NCBI GenBank assembly: GCA_016748015.1
Contig: JAAOMT010000741.1
Location: 496,001-560,000 of the forward strand
Source of the DNA: Geosiphon pyriformis uo1
Taxonomy: Eukaryota; Fungi; Glomeromycota
Direction: 5' to 3'
Length of the DNA stretch: 64,000 bases
Shown here in pieces: positions 1 to 15,987 of the stretch. A model generated the notes under the pieces. The model saw nothing but the letters and a program-made list of their open reading frames with translations. It was not told where the DNA came from and searched no databases. Position 1 is the first letter of the stretch. Each line of letters begins with the position of its first letter. Position numbers and translations under genes: made by a program.

Positions 1-42
1 ATTGACACATTGATAGTCGCACTTCTCTTCTACATTTAAAAT

Positions 43-1200
43 ATGACATTTTATCCTTTCCCCAATGATAGTTCACTTATTACGTCCGATGCCTCTTTGC
101 GTCGCGCTCTTAACCGTCATACGAAAGACACACTTTTAGAATATGTAGAGCAATGGCTTCAATTACCAGAAACGTACCCTATAACACGTACGGATGAGAA
201 ACTTGCTTTGGGAGACGAGGAAAACGAAGGGAACAATTACGAGGAAAATTTGCGAAAAAGTTTATGGAGGCCATACGCAAAGTTAAAACATAGTGGTTTT
301 AAAAAGCAAGTAATTGATAGAGTCTTAAACAATGATTGGGCATGTCTTTTTTTTTCGATAGTTGTTTTAGAAACCATCCTCAATTTATAAAAAGCTTATT
401 ACTTTTTTCCCAAAGCAGCACAATGGGCTGAATTTTTTGCAAGTTGCACAGTTAGACATGAAATGTCTGTATATCTACATTATCATTACAAATTCTCAAG
501 GTTCCATCTCATTGAATGTTTTAATTTATAAAATGGATACAGATTATCGTGATCATTCCAGTACGATCAATTGGACAGCTTTCAAATTGTGTTCAGAACC
601 AAGTAAGAAACTATAAATGTTGCTGATAACCAAAAAATAATAAACTTTTTCGCTAATGATTGTTATTTCCTTCCAAGATGCGATTAAAAAAGAATTTAGC
701 TCAGTCCAAAAATTCAAAACTATTCTCTCGAAACAGATACTAACTTTTTTCATCAATGCAAGTAAATTTGCAATTGTTGAATGTTAAAAATTAGAACCAA
801 AATTTAACTTGGATTCTTTTTTCCTAAAGCATGTCTACGTTGAACTTCAAGAAAACAATATTTGGACGAGGATTAGTATTTTTGATGGAATACCTATCAA
901 TTCTCTTCCTCCCAACAGTAGCATTATTTATCTTGTTTATTTTATGAAATCCGAGTACATTATATGTGGAAATATTAAGCCTGAGCACAAAAAATATTTT
1001 CTTCAGGTAATATTATTTCAAAATTGTCGGCCCAATCATCTTATTGCTCTCTAATATCCTTTGAATTATTGAAGGGTATTTCAAGAACATTTGGATGCGA
1101 ACAAATTCAAGAATTGCACTTAAAAGGAGAAAATGTTGAATCTTTACGAGAGCTTCTTTTATGTTCCTCATCCCAAGAGTCTCACAATCACCCTGTTTGA
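43..1200 (+). CDS. CHL4: Kinetochore CENP-N/Chl4/Mis15-like protein, 6 exons, apparently C-terminally truncated (~262 aa)
   Basis: Exons 43-339, 416-464, 543-602, 678-757, 830-1006 and 1075-1200 join in frame. KQVIDRVLNNDW-HNGLNFLQVAQLDMKY...WTAFKL matches the Chl4 N-terminal signature. Two donors are GC. Confidence 0.7.
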
Positions 1201-1600
1201 ATCAATTAGACACGAACTCTTAAAAATATTGATCAAAGAAACAGAAATTAGAAGGTAAGTTATTATTTTTTATTCTTAATAAGTTCCATTTTTATTAATT
1301 CAATTTCAAAAGTTTTGACTTATGCCACCCTATTTGGTCCATAATAGTCCTTAGAACTCTTAAAAAAACGACGTGCCATGATTTTCTCTATAATGATTTA
1401 CGATAACACTACGTTAATTGAGTGTAAATGGTGATCATGAACTTTTCCGAATATCTTGGGATACCAATGCTGCAATCCCTACCTTTTCTTAGAAGTAAAA
1501 ACCAAGGTTGCCTTGCGTTGTGTTCCTCCTGACCACTAACCACTACTTTGTTCACCGGGTTTCTCGTTTGAGCTTGTTCTGGGAAAATTTCATACTCTCC

Positions 1601-3753
1601 ATGTCAATAAATTCTGCCCTTGGTTCGCTCGGTGTTCTTAGTGGACAGCAATGGCTTGAAAAATCTATAAAAGATAAACACATTAAACTCTTAGAATATG
1701 AAAAATGTAAAATCCTTGAACCACTCGGGGAAGGTGGCTTTGGCCAAGTTTTTCGGGCTGAATGGCGTTATAATGCTTCATTGACCAGAACGTTTGCCAT
1801 AAAAAGTTTGAAAAGTTTAAAGCAAGCAACAGCAGATCAACAAGCCTACGAGGAAATAATAAAGGAGGTGAAGTACTCTATCTTCCGAGAAGAGGCTCAA
1901 ATTCAATTTTTCTTGTAGTGCTATTAAAAATCTTTAAATTTATTTGGTTTCTTTTTCTGCAGCTGCGACTTTTACGAGATACTTCTTTATTCCCCAGAAT
2001 TTTGAAATTCTATGGTGTTATTAAAGGTAAATTGGAAAAGGTTGAGGGATTAGTAGTATAATGCATCTTGGATATTTTAACAATGCATTAACGGAATAAA
2101 GAACCAAATACCCATAACTATCTCCTCGTACTTGAATACGCCGATGGTGGTTCTCTTCGAAATTATTTAAAAAATCATTTCAAGAAAATGGATGGCATCC
2201 ATAAATTATTAATAGCTCAAGAGATCGCTAGTGGAGTGATGTGCTTGCATGACGAAGGAATAATTCATCGGGATCTGGTATTAGCAATCCCATTAATAAC
2301 TCCTTCGAATCTATATTGTTATATTTTCTGAAATTCGAAATTTAATTTTCAATAATAGAATTCGGCAAACATTCTAATCCATGAGCACCACGTGAAAATT
2401 GGTGATCTTGGCTTATCCAAAGTAGAATTAAAAAATGATGCCGAAGTATCTAAAACCATATCGGTTATCATGGGACACCCACCGTATATCGATCCACAAT
2501 GTTTTAAACGAAACAACTACATTCGTGATCGGAAATCGGATATTTACAGTCTCGGTGTCGTTCTGTGGGAACTGTCAAGTGGTTTACAACCTTTACAGAA
2601 TATCTCCTCTTTGGCGATACAATTTTATGTGGCCAACGGGGGACGTGAAAAACCGATCCCTGGAACGCCGGATTCGTATGTGAAATTGTATATGGAGTGT
2701 TGGGATGAACTACCTGAAAAAAGACCAGATATTGTCACTGTTTATGATCGATTGGGAAATATTGAATGGAATGATAATATGCTGTGGATATCGGAGCAAG
2801 ATCAAGAGACAAATGAATTTACCGAATCTATCACAATCTATGGAGATTCAAGTTTCACTAGCGATAGTGAAATATCAAATTCCGGATATGATTCATTTTC
2901 GAACATCACCAATATCAGCACATACGACTCTACATCAAGCATTTCATATTCTGATCAGATATCAGTGAATGTTGGTGAAAAGATGGATCAATTATCGATT
3001 GTAATAAATAAACAAGATACTCTGATCGCAAATTCTGATACAGAACCTGACAATCAAAAAGAATTCGAAGCAAATAATAACTTGATTGCTGAAGTTCAAA
3101 AGATCTTTTTGGAAAGTTTAGATTACGGAAGCACTTTTGACGAAACTTTTCAAAAGATCATAAACTACTTGAAGAATATGAAGACAACCCCTGAACGGTT
3201 TTCGGAGATTTTGAGGAGGGAATTTGAACGATATCCTTGCTTGCTTGGATTTTGGTACGAATCGTATTCCGATGACCAAACCGGAACCACCCCTGATAGG
3301 TATAAAGCTTATGAATGGTACAATATAGCTGCTGAAAGGAATGATAGTTATGCACAATGGTTGCTTTCAAAGATTTATCAATTTGGACATGGACTTGGCG
3401 ACAATCGAATCAACACGAATCTTGAAAAGGCTTTCTACTGGGCCCGAAAATCCGCAGAGGCGGGAAATAGTTGTGGCCAATTACAGCTTTCTAATTTCTT
3501 GAAAGCTTCGGAAAAACTCTATTGGCTTAAGAAAGCTGCTGATGGTGGAAACGTAGCTGCTCTCCATTTACTTGGTGATTATTATAGAAAAGACAATATT
3601 GAAGAGGCCAAGAAATATTATAAAATGGCATTGGCCCTTGATTTTGACCCTTCCTACGCGGCTTTAAAAGAAATAAGAGCTAGGCAAGATGGACCTTCGT
3701 CCGAAGATCTTGAGGACGAAGCATTTAGAAGATACCAAGCAAATGGAGAATGA
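1601..3753 (+). CDS. Tyrosine-kinase-like protein kinase with C-terminal Sel1-like repeats, 4 exons
   Basis: LGEGGFGQV, FAIK, LEYADGGSLR, HRDLNSANIL, KIGDLG, YIDPQ, KSDIYSLGV. Sel1 motifs KAYEWYNIAAE, KAFYWARKSAEAGN and WLKKAADGGN. This architecture is typical of Glomeromycotina expansions. Confidence 0.92.
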
Positions 3754-3939
3754 AAAGTAGAATAGAGTATCCAAAATGTATTTATAATTGCTTCGAACAT
3801 ATCGCCCTTCAATTGTAAACCCAATTTTCAGTAATAAATTAAAATGATTCTTGTAAATATTGGAAGTATAGGAGTGATGATATTTATTCATTTTATTAAT
3901 CCCTAGAAGGTTGTCAAGAATATAGGTTTTGCTTTATAC

Positions 3940-5987
<2,048 letters not shown>

Positions 5988-6260
5988 GTTAATCGATTTT
6001 TTAGGAGGAGGTTGGAGAAAAAATGTAAAAATATAATTCGGCTTCTTTTTATACAAAACCTACGCTTAAAAAATTACTATGTGTATTTTTTCCCATCATC
6101 GACTGATTTACCACGTTAGATTTTCCATCTGTTTATCTGATATCAGATCTCATTTGAACCCAAGAGATCCTTTGGCAAAAATCATTTCAATTAGCCAATT
6201 AAGTGTAATAATAAAACAGAGTGGTCAGTCATGATATATGCACAATCAAAAAAATCTATG

Positions 6261-6303
6261 ATTAATCATCACCCAAAATATTAATCATCACCCAAAATAT
6301 TAA
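6261..6303. repeat. Short tandem duplication (19-bp unit TTAATCATCACCCAAAATA x2) in the divergent GAPDH/phosphoesterase promoter
   Basis: Direct repeat read from the sequence. Confidence 0.85.
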
Positions 6304-6402
6304 AATCGTTGGGAAATTTCCAACTACAATCTGTCTTCATTGGCTCTCAGAATTATTAATTCCAATCTTTTAACTGCGCTATCAAAGAAAAAAGATTTAG
6401 AA

Positions 6403-7050
6403 ATGACATCTCAAACCTTTCTTCTTGTCTCGGATATCCACTCCCGATTTGATAATATCGAAAAACTCCATAATTGGCTGATTAGTGAGAATCGATTTGA
6501 TATGTGAGTGTTCATATGTTGTTTTATTGACTTTTCAGCCAGCTTTTTGACTTACTAAATTCTTTGAATTCCGAAGAATCAATTTCATTATTGCTTCTGG
6601 GGATTTAGTAAATACAGTTTATGTAACCCCAGAAACAAAGCCGACCCCAAAGGTTGTTCAATATGAACTTTCTTTTCATTGAATACTTTGGGACTTGACG
6701 AATTTCAATTAAACAGGATGAGCAAGAATATCGTGATGTAATATTTGCACTTGCCAAATTTGGAAAACCATTTTACTATATTCCAGGTGAAATGGAATTG
6801 ATAAAAAAATGTGATGATAAAGCTGTTTAAATGGGCGTAATTTCCACAAGGAAATAATTCAATTAGGTAAATTAGGCATTTACCTAATTGCTTAAAAAAT
6901 TAAATTTCTAATCATGATTGAATTTGGATCTCTCTCTTTTGATGTTAGCACCAGAATTAAGTATGATAGGCTTTGGTGGATCTGTCGATGGAATTTTAAA
7001 AGAGTTTCCTGACCAAGTTGTGTGTCCAGGTTTTAAATCATCAATTCAAC

Positions 7051-7105
<55 letters not shown>

Positions 7106-7718
7106 TCACATTTCACATTTCACATTTGATGTTTAATTTTATTTAAACCCTGCAAAATAGCATATCCAAGTAATACGGAGCAACAAATCGCCGAAATTTT
7201 ACCTACATTGCTTGCCCAAGTTCCTTCTAATGACGATATATTTTTAGTTACACATTTTGGTCCTAGCGAAACAGCCACCACAGATGTTAATCTTTTTCCA
7301 GGAGAACCTCAAAAAAGCAGAATTGAATCGGGAAGGTGAGTTTTCTTGCATTTATTAATTTTGTTTAATCTTAAGAATTTTAAAAATATATATATATATA
7401 TTGGATGGTCACAGTCCTTTTCTCCGTAATTTAATTCAATCCCAATCGCCATCGAGTGCTGAACCTGATACATCCCATCACATGATTGCTGTAAATATTC
7501 ACGGTCACTCTCATTATCCTTTTGGCCTCACACATATTGGTCAGACAATGGTCATTAACCCTGGCCCATTAGGAGATGGTAGATTTGCTATTTTAACCAT
7601 GGAACACTTTGAAAGGGAAATATTGTTAAAACGGGATGCGGAAAGAAATCCTTTATTGAAATGTTTGAAGAATGAAAAGGTGTGGGGCGTTAGTAGTTTA
7701 GAATTTTTCTTTATATAG
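6403..7718 (+). CDS. Calcineurin-like metallophosphoesterase; GNHD motif not recoverable, possibly degenerate
   Basis: LVSDIH, ASGDL, YYIPG, GFGGS, LVTH, NIHGHSH and INPG motifs across spliced exons. Confidence 0.75.
7051..7104. repeat. (TAT)n microsatellite inside an intron
   Basis: Perfect trinucleotide run. It creates the spurious poly-Leu in ORF 6918. Confidence 0.95.
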
Positions 7719-8405
7719 ATATGAAAGATTTTCCACATTATCTTTGATTGCTCAAATTGTGAAAAGTTAACAGATAGATTAATTTGAAAAGTATCAACAA
7801 TTTCGAATTATAAATATTTCTTTATCAATTATGTGGTAAAACTTAATGATTAAAAAATGATTTGAATTGAAACTAAAAATACAAAATTTCAACAAATAAC
7901 AATTAACAACAAAATAAAAAAAGCTAATTCAAATTTTGATTTGTATAAAATTACATAAAATTTAACCATATTACTATTTAAATAAAATTAATAATTAACA
8001 TTATTATTATTATTATTATTATTTCTTGGCAAAAAATTATATAATAATAAGACATAGTTTGTTACTATTTTATAACTGATATTAACTTTTGTTAACTTTA
8101 TCATTTTATAAATTCACCATAATTGCATTTTTAATATTTACATAAATATGTATTTGTGCTCTAATAAGATTAACTTATTGATTCTTTATATGTAATTTTT
8201 AATGTTTACATTAATTTTCCCAATAGGACATTGGAAGCTTTTTATCAAGTTCAACTCAAAGTTTTGATTGATTTAAAAACTCTTTGAAACTATTGATAAT
8301 TCCGTGTAATATTAAAAATATTCTATTTGATTATACAATTTAAGTAAAAATAAAATCCCGATCTCTATAGGAAAAAATCAAATCAATAAAAAGGGGAAAG
8401 CCTTA

Positions 8406-11400
8406 TTATGGCTCATCATCACTATCTACACTGCTTCCATCATCTAACATTCTATTATTAAAAGCACGCCGATTCCCGGCCAACAGCTCTTCATTCTCAC
8501 AACATTCATAATCAAAGTCCTCGCCACTACCCAATCCCTTACCACCAATTAAACTTAAAACAACTGGCAACAACACTAATCCATGTAATGCCCCGAAAAT
8601 CACCATAGTTACATACATTCTAAAATAATAAACTTCGAAAATTTTGCTCCTTGTAAACGCTAGCACCATAATCCCCGAGAACTTGGTCAATGTGATCCCG
8701 GAAAACACAGAACTTCCTACATCTACAATCGCTCGATGTGCGCGTTCATTACGCTCTACGTTAAAACCACCGATCACAAATGCACGAGCAATGTGGACAC
8801 AGAACTCGACTCCGATTCCAACACAAATCACTAAATTGACAAGGCTAATCGCATTCAATGATACATTCCACAATGCCATTACACCTAAAACATTTACTAC
8901 AATCATGAGCACGTGGAGCATCACGATGAATCCTGTCCAGAGGCTTCCAAGGAGTGCTGTCGTAACCAACAATATCGAAAAGAAGGCTAGTATTAAAATC
9001 TCGGCTGTCAGTTTCACGATATATTGATATTGTTCGAAAAAGATGTAGTAGACTGAATAGGGGAACACTGTGATTCCAGTACTCTTTTGTATCATATTGC
9101 TGATCCGATGTGCGGATTGATATCCAGATATTAAATCCTGCTGACTTTTAAGGGGAGTGTGAAATGTACGGAAATGACTGGCGGTTACGTTGCTATTTTT
9201 TTTATCAATCACTATCGCATCACCATATGCTGCTTTTCCTGCTAATGGACAGGTTTCATCAGGCGCCGCGTCAAGCCAAAGATTTAAATAGGATATGAAT
9301 TCCTCTCCTTGAGGCAATCCATTCATTGTAATGTTCCATTGTGGATGGCGATCCTCCAAACAAACTTGACAATCATCCTCATCATCTTCAGGTGTACAAA
9401 GTTCAGAGCTGTTGGTGCCTTTCTTAAAGCGACAACACTGATCAAGAGTAGGATTTAACCAATGCAAGAAATCATCGATCCAGGAAGCTGTTGGTTCAGC
9501 GATATAAGAAATCTGAGATCTTTTACGTTCTTGCTCCAAAACATTAGATAATGATAACTGGGAGCATGTACTAAATCGACCACATAATGATTGTTGGCCC
9601 TTTTGTGTAGTAACATTTACTCCAGTCGTAACAAAATAAACAGGTGGTCCAACATGAAAATAATCATCCAATGCGTTAAAATAATCTATAAGATAAGAAT
9701 CCCTTGGTAAGGCGATTCGTTGATCTAGTAAGAAAGAGGTGATTTGTGAATATCAGAATTAAATATTTTACAAAATTTAATTATGATAAATGGATGAGCT
9801 TTTATTCCCAATTCTGATAATATCAATGACAATTCAATATTAAAAGCTCTGGTAAAAAAATTGACTTACCTAATCCTAATTCAATTTGCGGGATCAACCC
9901 ACTTGAAACAATAAATAAACCAATAAAAACCAGTACCACAATTGTTTTGACTTTTTTGTTTAATAGGACAGGAGCGTAATACTTTCTTGTCCACCTTTGT
10001 AAGAAGCTTTCTCGATAATTCCGTTCTGGGGCTTCTTCAATCTTAGTGCATGGGAAACAATCGACTCGATCATCTTTCTGTCGTTTTACATCCAATGTTA
10101 AACATGCCACAAATGCCGTAACTTGTAACAAGAAATCAATCCATACAGCTAAGGCAGCATATAATGCAAAACTTTTGACTGCTGGCATAGTAACAAAACC
10201 GCCTAGACCGAATGCAATAGTTTCACTTAATGCACTAAGTAATATACTGGGACCCATTCGGCCCAATGTTTTTGCAATACGTTCTTCCACAGTTTCTTCC
10301 CCCATTGATTTCAATGTGAGTCGTTCAAATTCATGATTCAAGATGAAAATATTATCGACACCAACAGCGAGAACCAGAAAAGGAATAACCTCGGCAATAA
10401 TTAAGGTAACTTTGATACCCAGGAAGGAAAATATTCCAACTGAAGCCGAGACAGAGCCCAACACTATGAGAATTCCAGAAATTCCAAGAGTAAATTTAGA
10501 ATCAATTAATGTGCGCGGAAAGGAGGCGAAATTTCCCAAAGCAATTGAGGCATAAAAAAACATAATAAGGTAAGATATAATAATGGTGAAAATATCGGTA
10601 TTAGTAGATTTATTTAATTCAATTTCCAATGAGCTCTAAAATCATAAATTAAGTTTTTTAATTCAATAACTTATAATATATCCGAGTCAAAAAGGGAGAG
10701 TTGCAAAAAGCGATTTTACCTCTGTTGAGAAACTGATTTTAAGTTGTGAAGCATCAACTTTTCTATTCTGGCCTTTGATCAATCTTTCAAAGTAGTTTCT
10801 TAATTCTGCTTCCCATTCTACAGCTCTACTGGATTTCTCTTTCTCAACATAATTATTCAATACAAAGGTAAGGACCATGGCTTTAGCACCAGTGTAATCA
10901 TCCTTCTCATATCCTCCTAAAACCATTTCTGGCTTTAAAGGTTGTTGAAAATCCGGTAAACAGAAAATGGGCTGTGCGGCACATGACTCAAATTCTTCTT
11001 TCCAGGTTTCAGGCTTCAATTCACTTATATCCGAGTCCCAATATCCGGCGACTGATTGCACGATACAAGCATCCCCATTAGGATGAAAACAAATATCTTG
11101 TAATGTGTATTGATTTGGACTGGATTTCAAGTTTCGAATTTCATTTTCAATAATGAATAAAATTTTCAAGTTTTCATAGTTAATCACACTTTGATTTGAG
11201 TTTGCGTTCGTGATAAATATCTGTTGAGTTCGGTAAAAAGGCCCGAAATTTTGGTCAAAAAATTGCTTTTGAAGGGCCGAATCTGAATTAGGTGCCACCC
11301 ATAATTGCACAGGATCTGTCTCAACTGAGAATCTTGACCATCCAGATGATGCAATTGAAACAATCAGAACGCAAACAAAAATAGTTGACCAGGGATTTTT

Positions 11401-12577
11401 TGCACATATGTAACCTTGTTGATAAAAATAATCTTCAAGAAGAGCATTAAGCCAGTATCGCCTTGTAGATGTTAAGGATTCATCTTCGACATTATAAAGT
11501 TGAATGGTTTCAGATCCTGCTTGATCCACTTTATAATCTCGATATTTCTTAAAGTACACGGCGATTATGGCTGATATCAGGGTAATATAAAGAAAAAGTA
11601 GAAGAAAAGATAAACATTCCAAGGTGCCCACGTGGCATTTCGGTTTTTCTTCTGGAGTAGGATCCAACACAGGACAAACTGTTTGACAATCAACACATGA
11701 GCAACGATAATTGATATCCGTGTCATTACAACGTTTCGCTGGATCATCAAAGGGAATCATCGAATTTGTGGGATCTGTTAGGGGAAAATCGATTTGAAAT
11801 GGTGATCCAATAGGTCGTTCCTGGCCCAAGTACACGAAAAACTCTTGATAATTCTTTGCACCACCACCAATTAAATCCATCGCATATCCATTTGTAGAAG
11901 CAAACTTGATATCCTTGCAAGAATCGTAAAAGCCAGTACCTTGGTTTTCACCAACAAAAAAATCAACACTGGTAACAACTTCCTCGGAAGGTTCTGTTAC
12001 TGATAGCGCTGTTGAAGTGACGTTAACGAAGGTTGATTGGTCGGGAGAGCAAGTGAAAGTACAAAAAAAATCCAAAAAGTTCTTCCAGCATGCAGGACAA
12101 GAACTAATCAGAGTTTCGGCTTGTTTCGTACTAAAATATAAATCATCTAATTGATCTGAATCGCAACAAATGGGCGAGTTTCTAAATTTCGTACCACATA
12201 TGTCGATGAGCTTCCCACGAAGTTCATTGTCGGGCTATTTGAAAAATTCAAAAGGTCAATTCATCGAGATAGGAGTCATTTAAAGTTTTTAATTAAGATT
12301 AGATGGAATCGGAAATATAATAGCTTCCCAAATTTCATCTCTTTATGATCTAGAAAAAATTACAGAAATGTTTTAGATAAAAAAAGGTTTGTACCTCTAC
12401 AGCCTCCTCATTAAAGGGGCAGTTTAGCTGTTTGCCATATTTAATTTTAGCACCACAGTGACCACGCATCACACAATGTCCTGGTTTGTGCACTTGGCTG
12501 GCTGCAATACCTATGGTGGAAACAGTAACTAGGAAAAGTCCGGTGACCAAGACTCGAAACGTGGCAGTGACTTTCAT
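8406..12577 (-). CDS. NCR1: Niemann-Pick C1-type sterol transporter, 4 exons
   Basis: Signal peptide, Cys-rich NPC1 N-terminal domain (CVMRGHC, FFCTFTCSPDQSTF), FGPFYRTQQ, sterol-sensing domain (EVIPFLVLAVGVDNIF), GIGVEFCVHI. Confidence 0.97.
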
Positions 12578-13000
12578 TTTTTTAATATTTGTTTAAATAA
12601 GAGTTCCGATTATATTATGAGAAGAAAGCGAAAAGCTCGACGTAATTCTCCGTGAAAAACGCCATGTACATTCAAAGAGGAAAAACAGTCTAAAAAACCA
12701 CTAAATGGATATTCTAATTTTATAGTTTTTCTCTGAACATCCCTGCATTCGATCCAGTGAGATCGAAAATCAGCAAAGAGTTAGCTATATAAGGCCTCTG
12801 ACGATATCTTGACGGTTTTATTTACTTTAATCAGTCAATATTAATTTTTATCATAAAACCCCTTAGTCAAAGGACATGGATTGTTATCGTTTCCCGTCTC
12901 TTCTTAAACCTTCCGCTATTTTCACTTTCCCTCCGTTTACTATCTTTTCCGGCTCTTGAGTTCTTCTGAAATATTCTCAAGTAATATACTCAATAAAGAT

Positions 13001-14545
13001 ATGCACCCCAATAACGAATTCAAAACAGGCTTTTTTCCTTTATTCAAATTACCACGAACTTTTTATGATCCACGAGCAAAATATACTAATTGGTGGTCAC
13101 CCTTCCACCACCCGTCACGTTCAAAGCGTGTTTTCATCGCTATTATCCTAGATTGGATATTGATATTATTGCTTTTTGGTTTAACTGAATGGTATTTTAA
13201 TATTCTACTGTGAGGCTAAAATCAAATATTAGACTTGCTCTGATAATAATTGCTTTACTATTAAAATAAAATCTATTGGGTTTGATGAGAATAGGTTTTT
13301 CGTAGGTCCGCAACCGCCAAAAGCATATTTCTCCTTGGATGATCAGAGTTTAAAGCGACCCGTCGTAGGTGAAATCATTTCATCTACTGTTGCAACAGCT
13401 ATTAGTGTCGGTGGACCCATTATTTTACTGCTCATTCTAGAGATTTTATTCTTTTGGGATAGATGGAATCTGTACCATTTGATAACAGGGCATTTCCAAG
13501 CAATTGGTAAGCACATTTGTTAACTTTTGAAAGCTGACCAGTTTCTGAATATCCTTTTATGAGTTTAAGAATTAGATTTTCGACATCAAACTGACCTTTT
13601 TTTTTTAAACAATCAATCGTGAAAATAGCATTAGCATTGTTCATTTCCTCATTTTTCTGGGTGACCATTGGTGGTTAGTGTTCTTAATTACTCTGTGACC
13701 ACTTTATTTCGTATTGCTTTTAAATCAACTAAACTTTCTTTTCATTCATTAAATTAGGTGATGTGGGTCTTCGTCCCAATTTTCTCAGCAATTGTAAACC
13801 TGATCTTAGTAAACTTGTTACAGGAGTCACCTATTACACCAGTGATATTTGCACAGCAAAGTTGGCTAAATTTGAATATCAAGGGTATGTTCTTTATGGT
13901 TGTCTAAGGCTTGAAATATTTTCCGTTTTTCAGGACTTAGTCATCTAGAAGTTCTTATGCCTTTTTTATCTATTGATAGCTTTCCCAGTGGTCACGCAGC
14001 AACTGCATTTGCTGGATGGGTTTTCTTTTCACTTTACTTCACTGGCAAATCAAAGGTATGAATTTCATTTATATGATTTGAATTTAGTCAGTAATCGATT
14101 TTTTGTTTAAAAAAATTGAAATTATTTTACTAGCCTTGGTCCGGTGGAGCACATTTTTGGAAGGTATACAAAATTATTTTATTTTCAAACTCAAAAATAT
14201 GAATGGTAAATATTTAACATTTTTTAATATTATATTTAGATACTTATTATATTAATGCCACTTGTGCTTGCTACGTGGGTTTCAATGAGTCGTTTGCGGG
14301 ATTTCCGTCATTTTCCATTTCAAATAATAATTGGTGGTCTTATTGGGATTTTTGTTGCGCTAATTTCATATCGGTTGAATTTTTTCGTTAGTGGATGGTT
14401 TGTACCACTTGGGGAAAATAGTGATCACATTCCTGCACATTATCATTTTATTCATAGGATGGAAATGAGCAGGATAGAACAAGAGGATTGGGAAAAGAAT
14501 GGAAACGTATACGGTTCACCTAGAGTTCCAGAAGAATCTGTTTGA
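13001..14545 (+). CDS. PAP2-family lipid phosphate phosphatase (DPP1/LPP-like), ~7 exons
   Basis: GLRPNF...CKP, FPSGH and SRLRDFRH motifs with transmembrane segments. Confidence 0.85.
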
Positions 14546-14829
14546 ATAAGATAAATCATAAATTTTTATATTTTTGTATTTTCATTTAATTTAAAATGCA
14601 TATTTACAGATTTCGTATGTTAGATCATACAACTTGTTTCTACTAAATTGTATTATATTATATATCAAGTTTATTTAATTCAATCATGATTTTGATGATA
14701 AACAAGACACATTGATCAATGTGATTAAATTTTAATCATAAAATGTGAACTGGAATACCAAGTCTTTGGGTTGGTACACGTGCATTCCAGAAATCGCGAT
14801 TAATTCAAAAACAAACTCTGACTTTTCTA

Positions 14830-15536
14830 ATGTCCAAACAGAGCCCAGACTCCATCTCCACATCTGACCCTTTAAAGTTAGAAAACTCACTACGATCAGC
14901 TTCTCTTGACACTCCCCCTTATCTTCCTCCAAAGAGCCTAATATTATCACTAAGTGCTACTACATTTCTTTTAGGTGCTGCTGGTTCATGGTGGGCGACG
15001 AAAAGGCAATGTAAAAAATAAAATAAACGGAAATCTCATTTATATGAATATAATTTTTTGTTCTTTTAACTAATGTTTGTTCACCAACAATACAAGTATC
15101 CGAAGAATTACCAGAGCTTACTATTTCCAGGGTACAAGCAGAAGAATTGATTGTGAAACGTCTCGCACGTGTAACAGCAGTAAAAGCTTTAGCCCTTGGA
15201 ACTTTACTTTGTCTAACTGGTGGCGGGATATTTGTTGTTGGGGTGGGTATGTTTATGGGTGTTAATAATGTAAGTTTTTTAGTTCTTGATTTCATTTAAA
15301 AAAGTTTGTTGTGTTTGATTTGGCACTTTTAATGAGTTACTGTACAAGTTTATTGATTTCCAAAAATAAATATATAATCTACCAAAATATAGATTCATGA
15401 ATTCAATGTTAAGATGAATCAAATATTTCCAGAATCAATGAAAATTAAACGGGAAAATAAAAATCAGAGTGAACAAGACGTCGATGAACTATATAAAAAA
15501 TTCCTATCAGAAGGGAAAGAGCCTCGAAAAAGTTGA
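14830..15536 (+). CDS. Small two-TM mitochondrial protein, TMEM242/AIM11 (DUF1358)-like, 3 exons
   Basis: Spliced product reads ...AVKALALGTLLCLTGGGIFVVGVGMFMGVNN-IHEFNVKMNQIFP, resembling the TMEM242 second TM and the downstream M..IFP motif. Confidence 0.7.
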
Positions 15537-15987
15537 AGGATTAGCTAATTTCGTAGAATTTAATTTTAATTATCATACCGTATCCCATTTTTTTAAGATG
15601 GAATTAATAGCATTTGGGAACAAAAATCATTATTATGTTAATACCAGCAAATTTTGGGTTGACTGGTTTTTTTATAATAAAAGCAGCGAATTTTCCTGTG
15701 AAACTCAAGATCGTAACCAAGCTAAATAGTACCATACAACACCAGTATTATCTAACTTACAAAAAACTAGTCAACTTCCAGTCTCACCTGATTCGACCTC
15801 CAGGTTGTTGAGACAAACCTCCCCCCCTTCATATCACTCTTCTTTTCCTTCGTTCTATCTCCCTTTATTCCCTTAAAACCTCCCATCTCTTTTTCCAGCA
15901 ACACAAAAGATTTTCACAAGTTGAACTTGTGTATTCGTGTTTGAAATAAACTTTTCACATCAAGGCTAATTTATAAATATTTGAACA

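Noticed and set aside
2392-2420. Kinase DLG in place of DFG as a sign of a pseudokinase
   Set aside because: DLG is a common active variant, and the catalytic Lys, HRD and Asn are present.
8644-10555. Plus-strand ORFs of 70-127 aa inside NCR1
   Set aside because: Antisense shadows of hydrophobic coding sequence, with no independent motifs.
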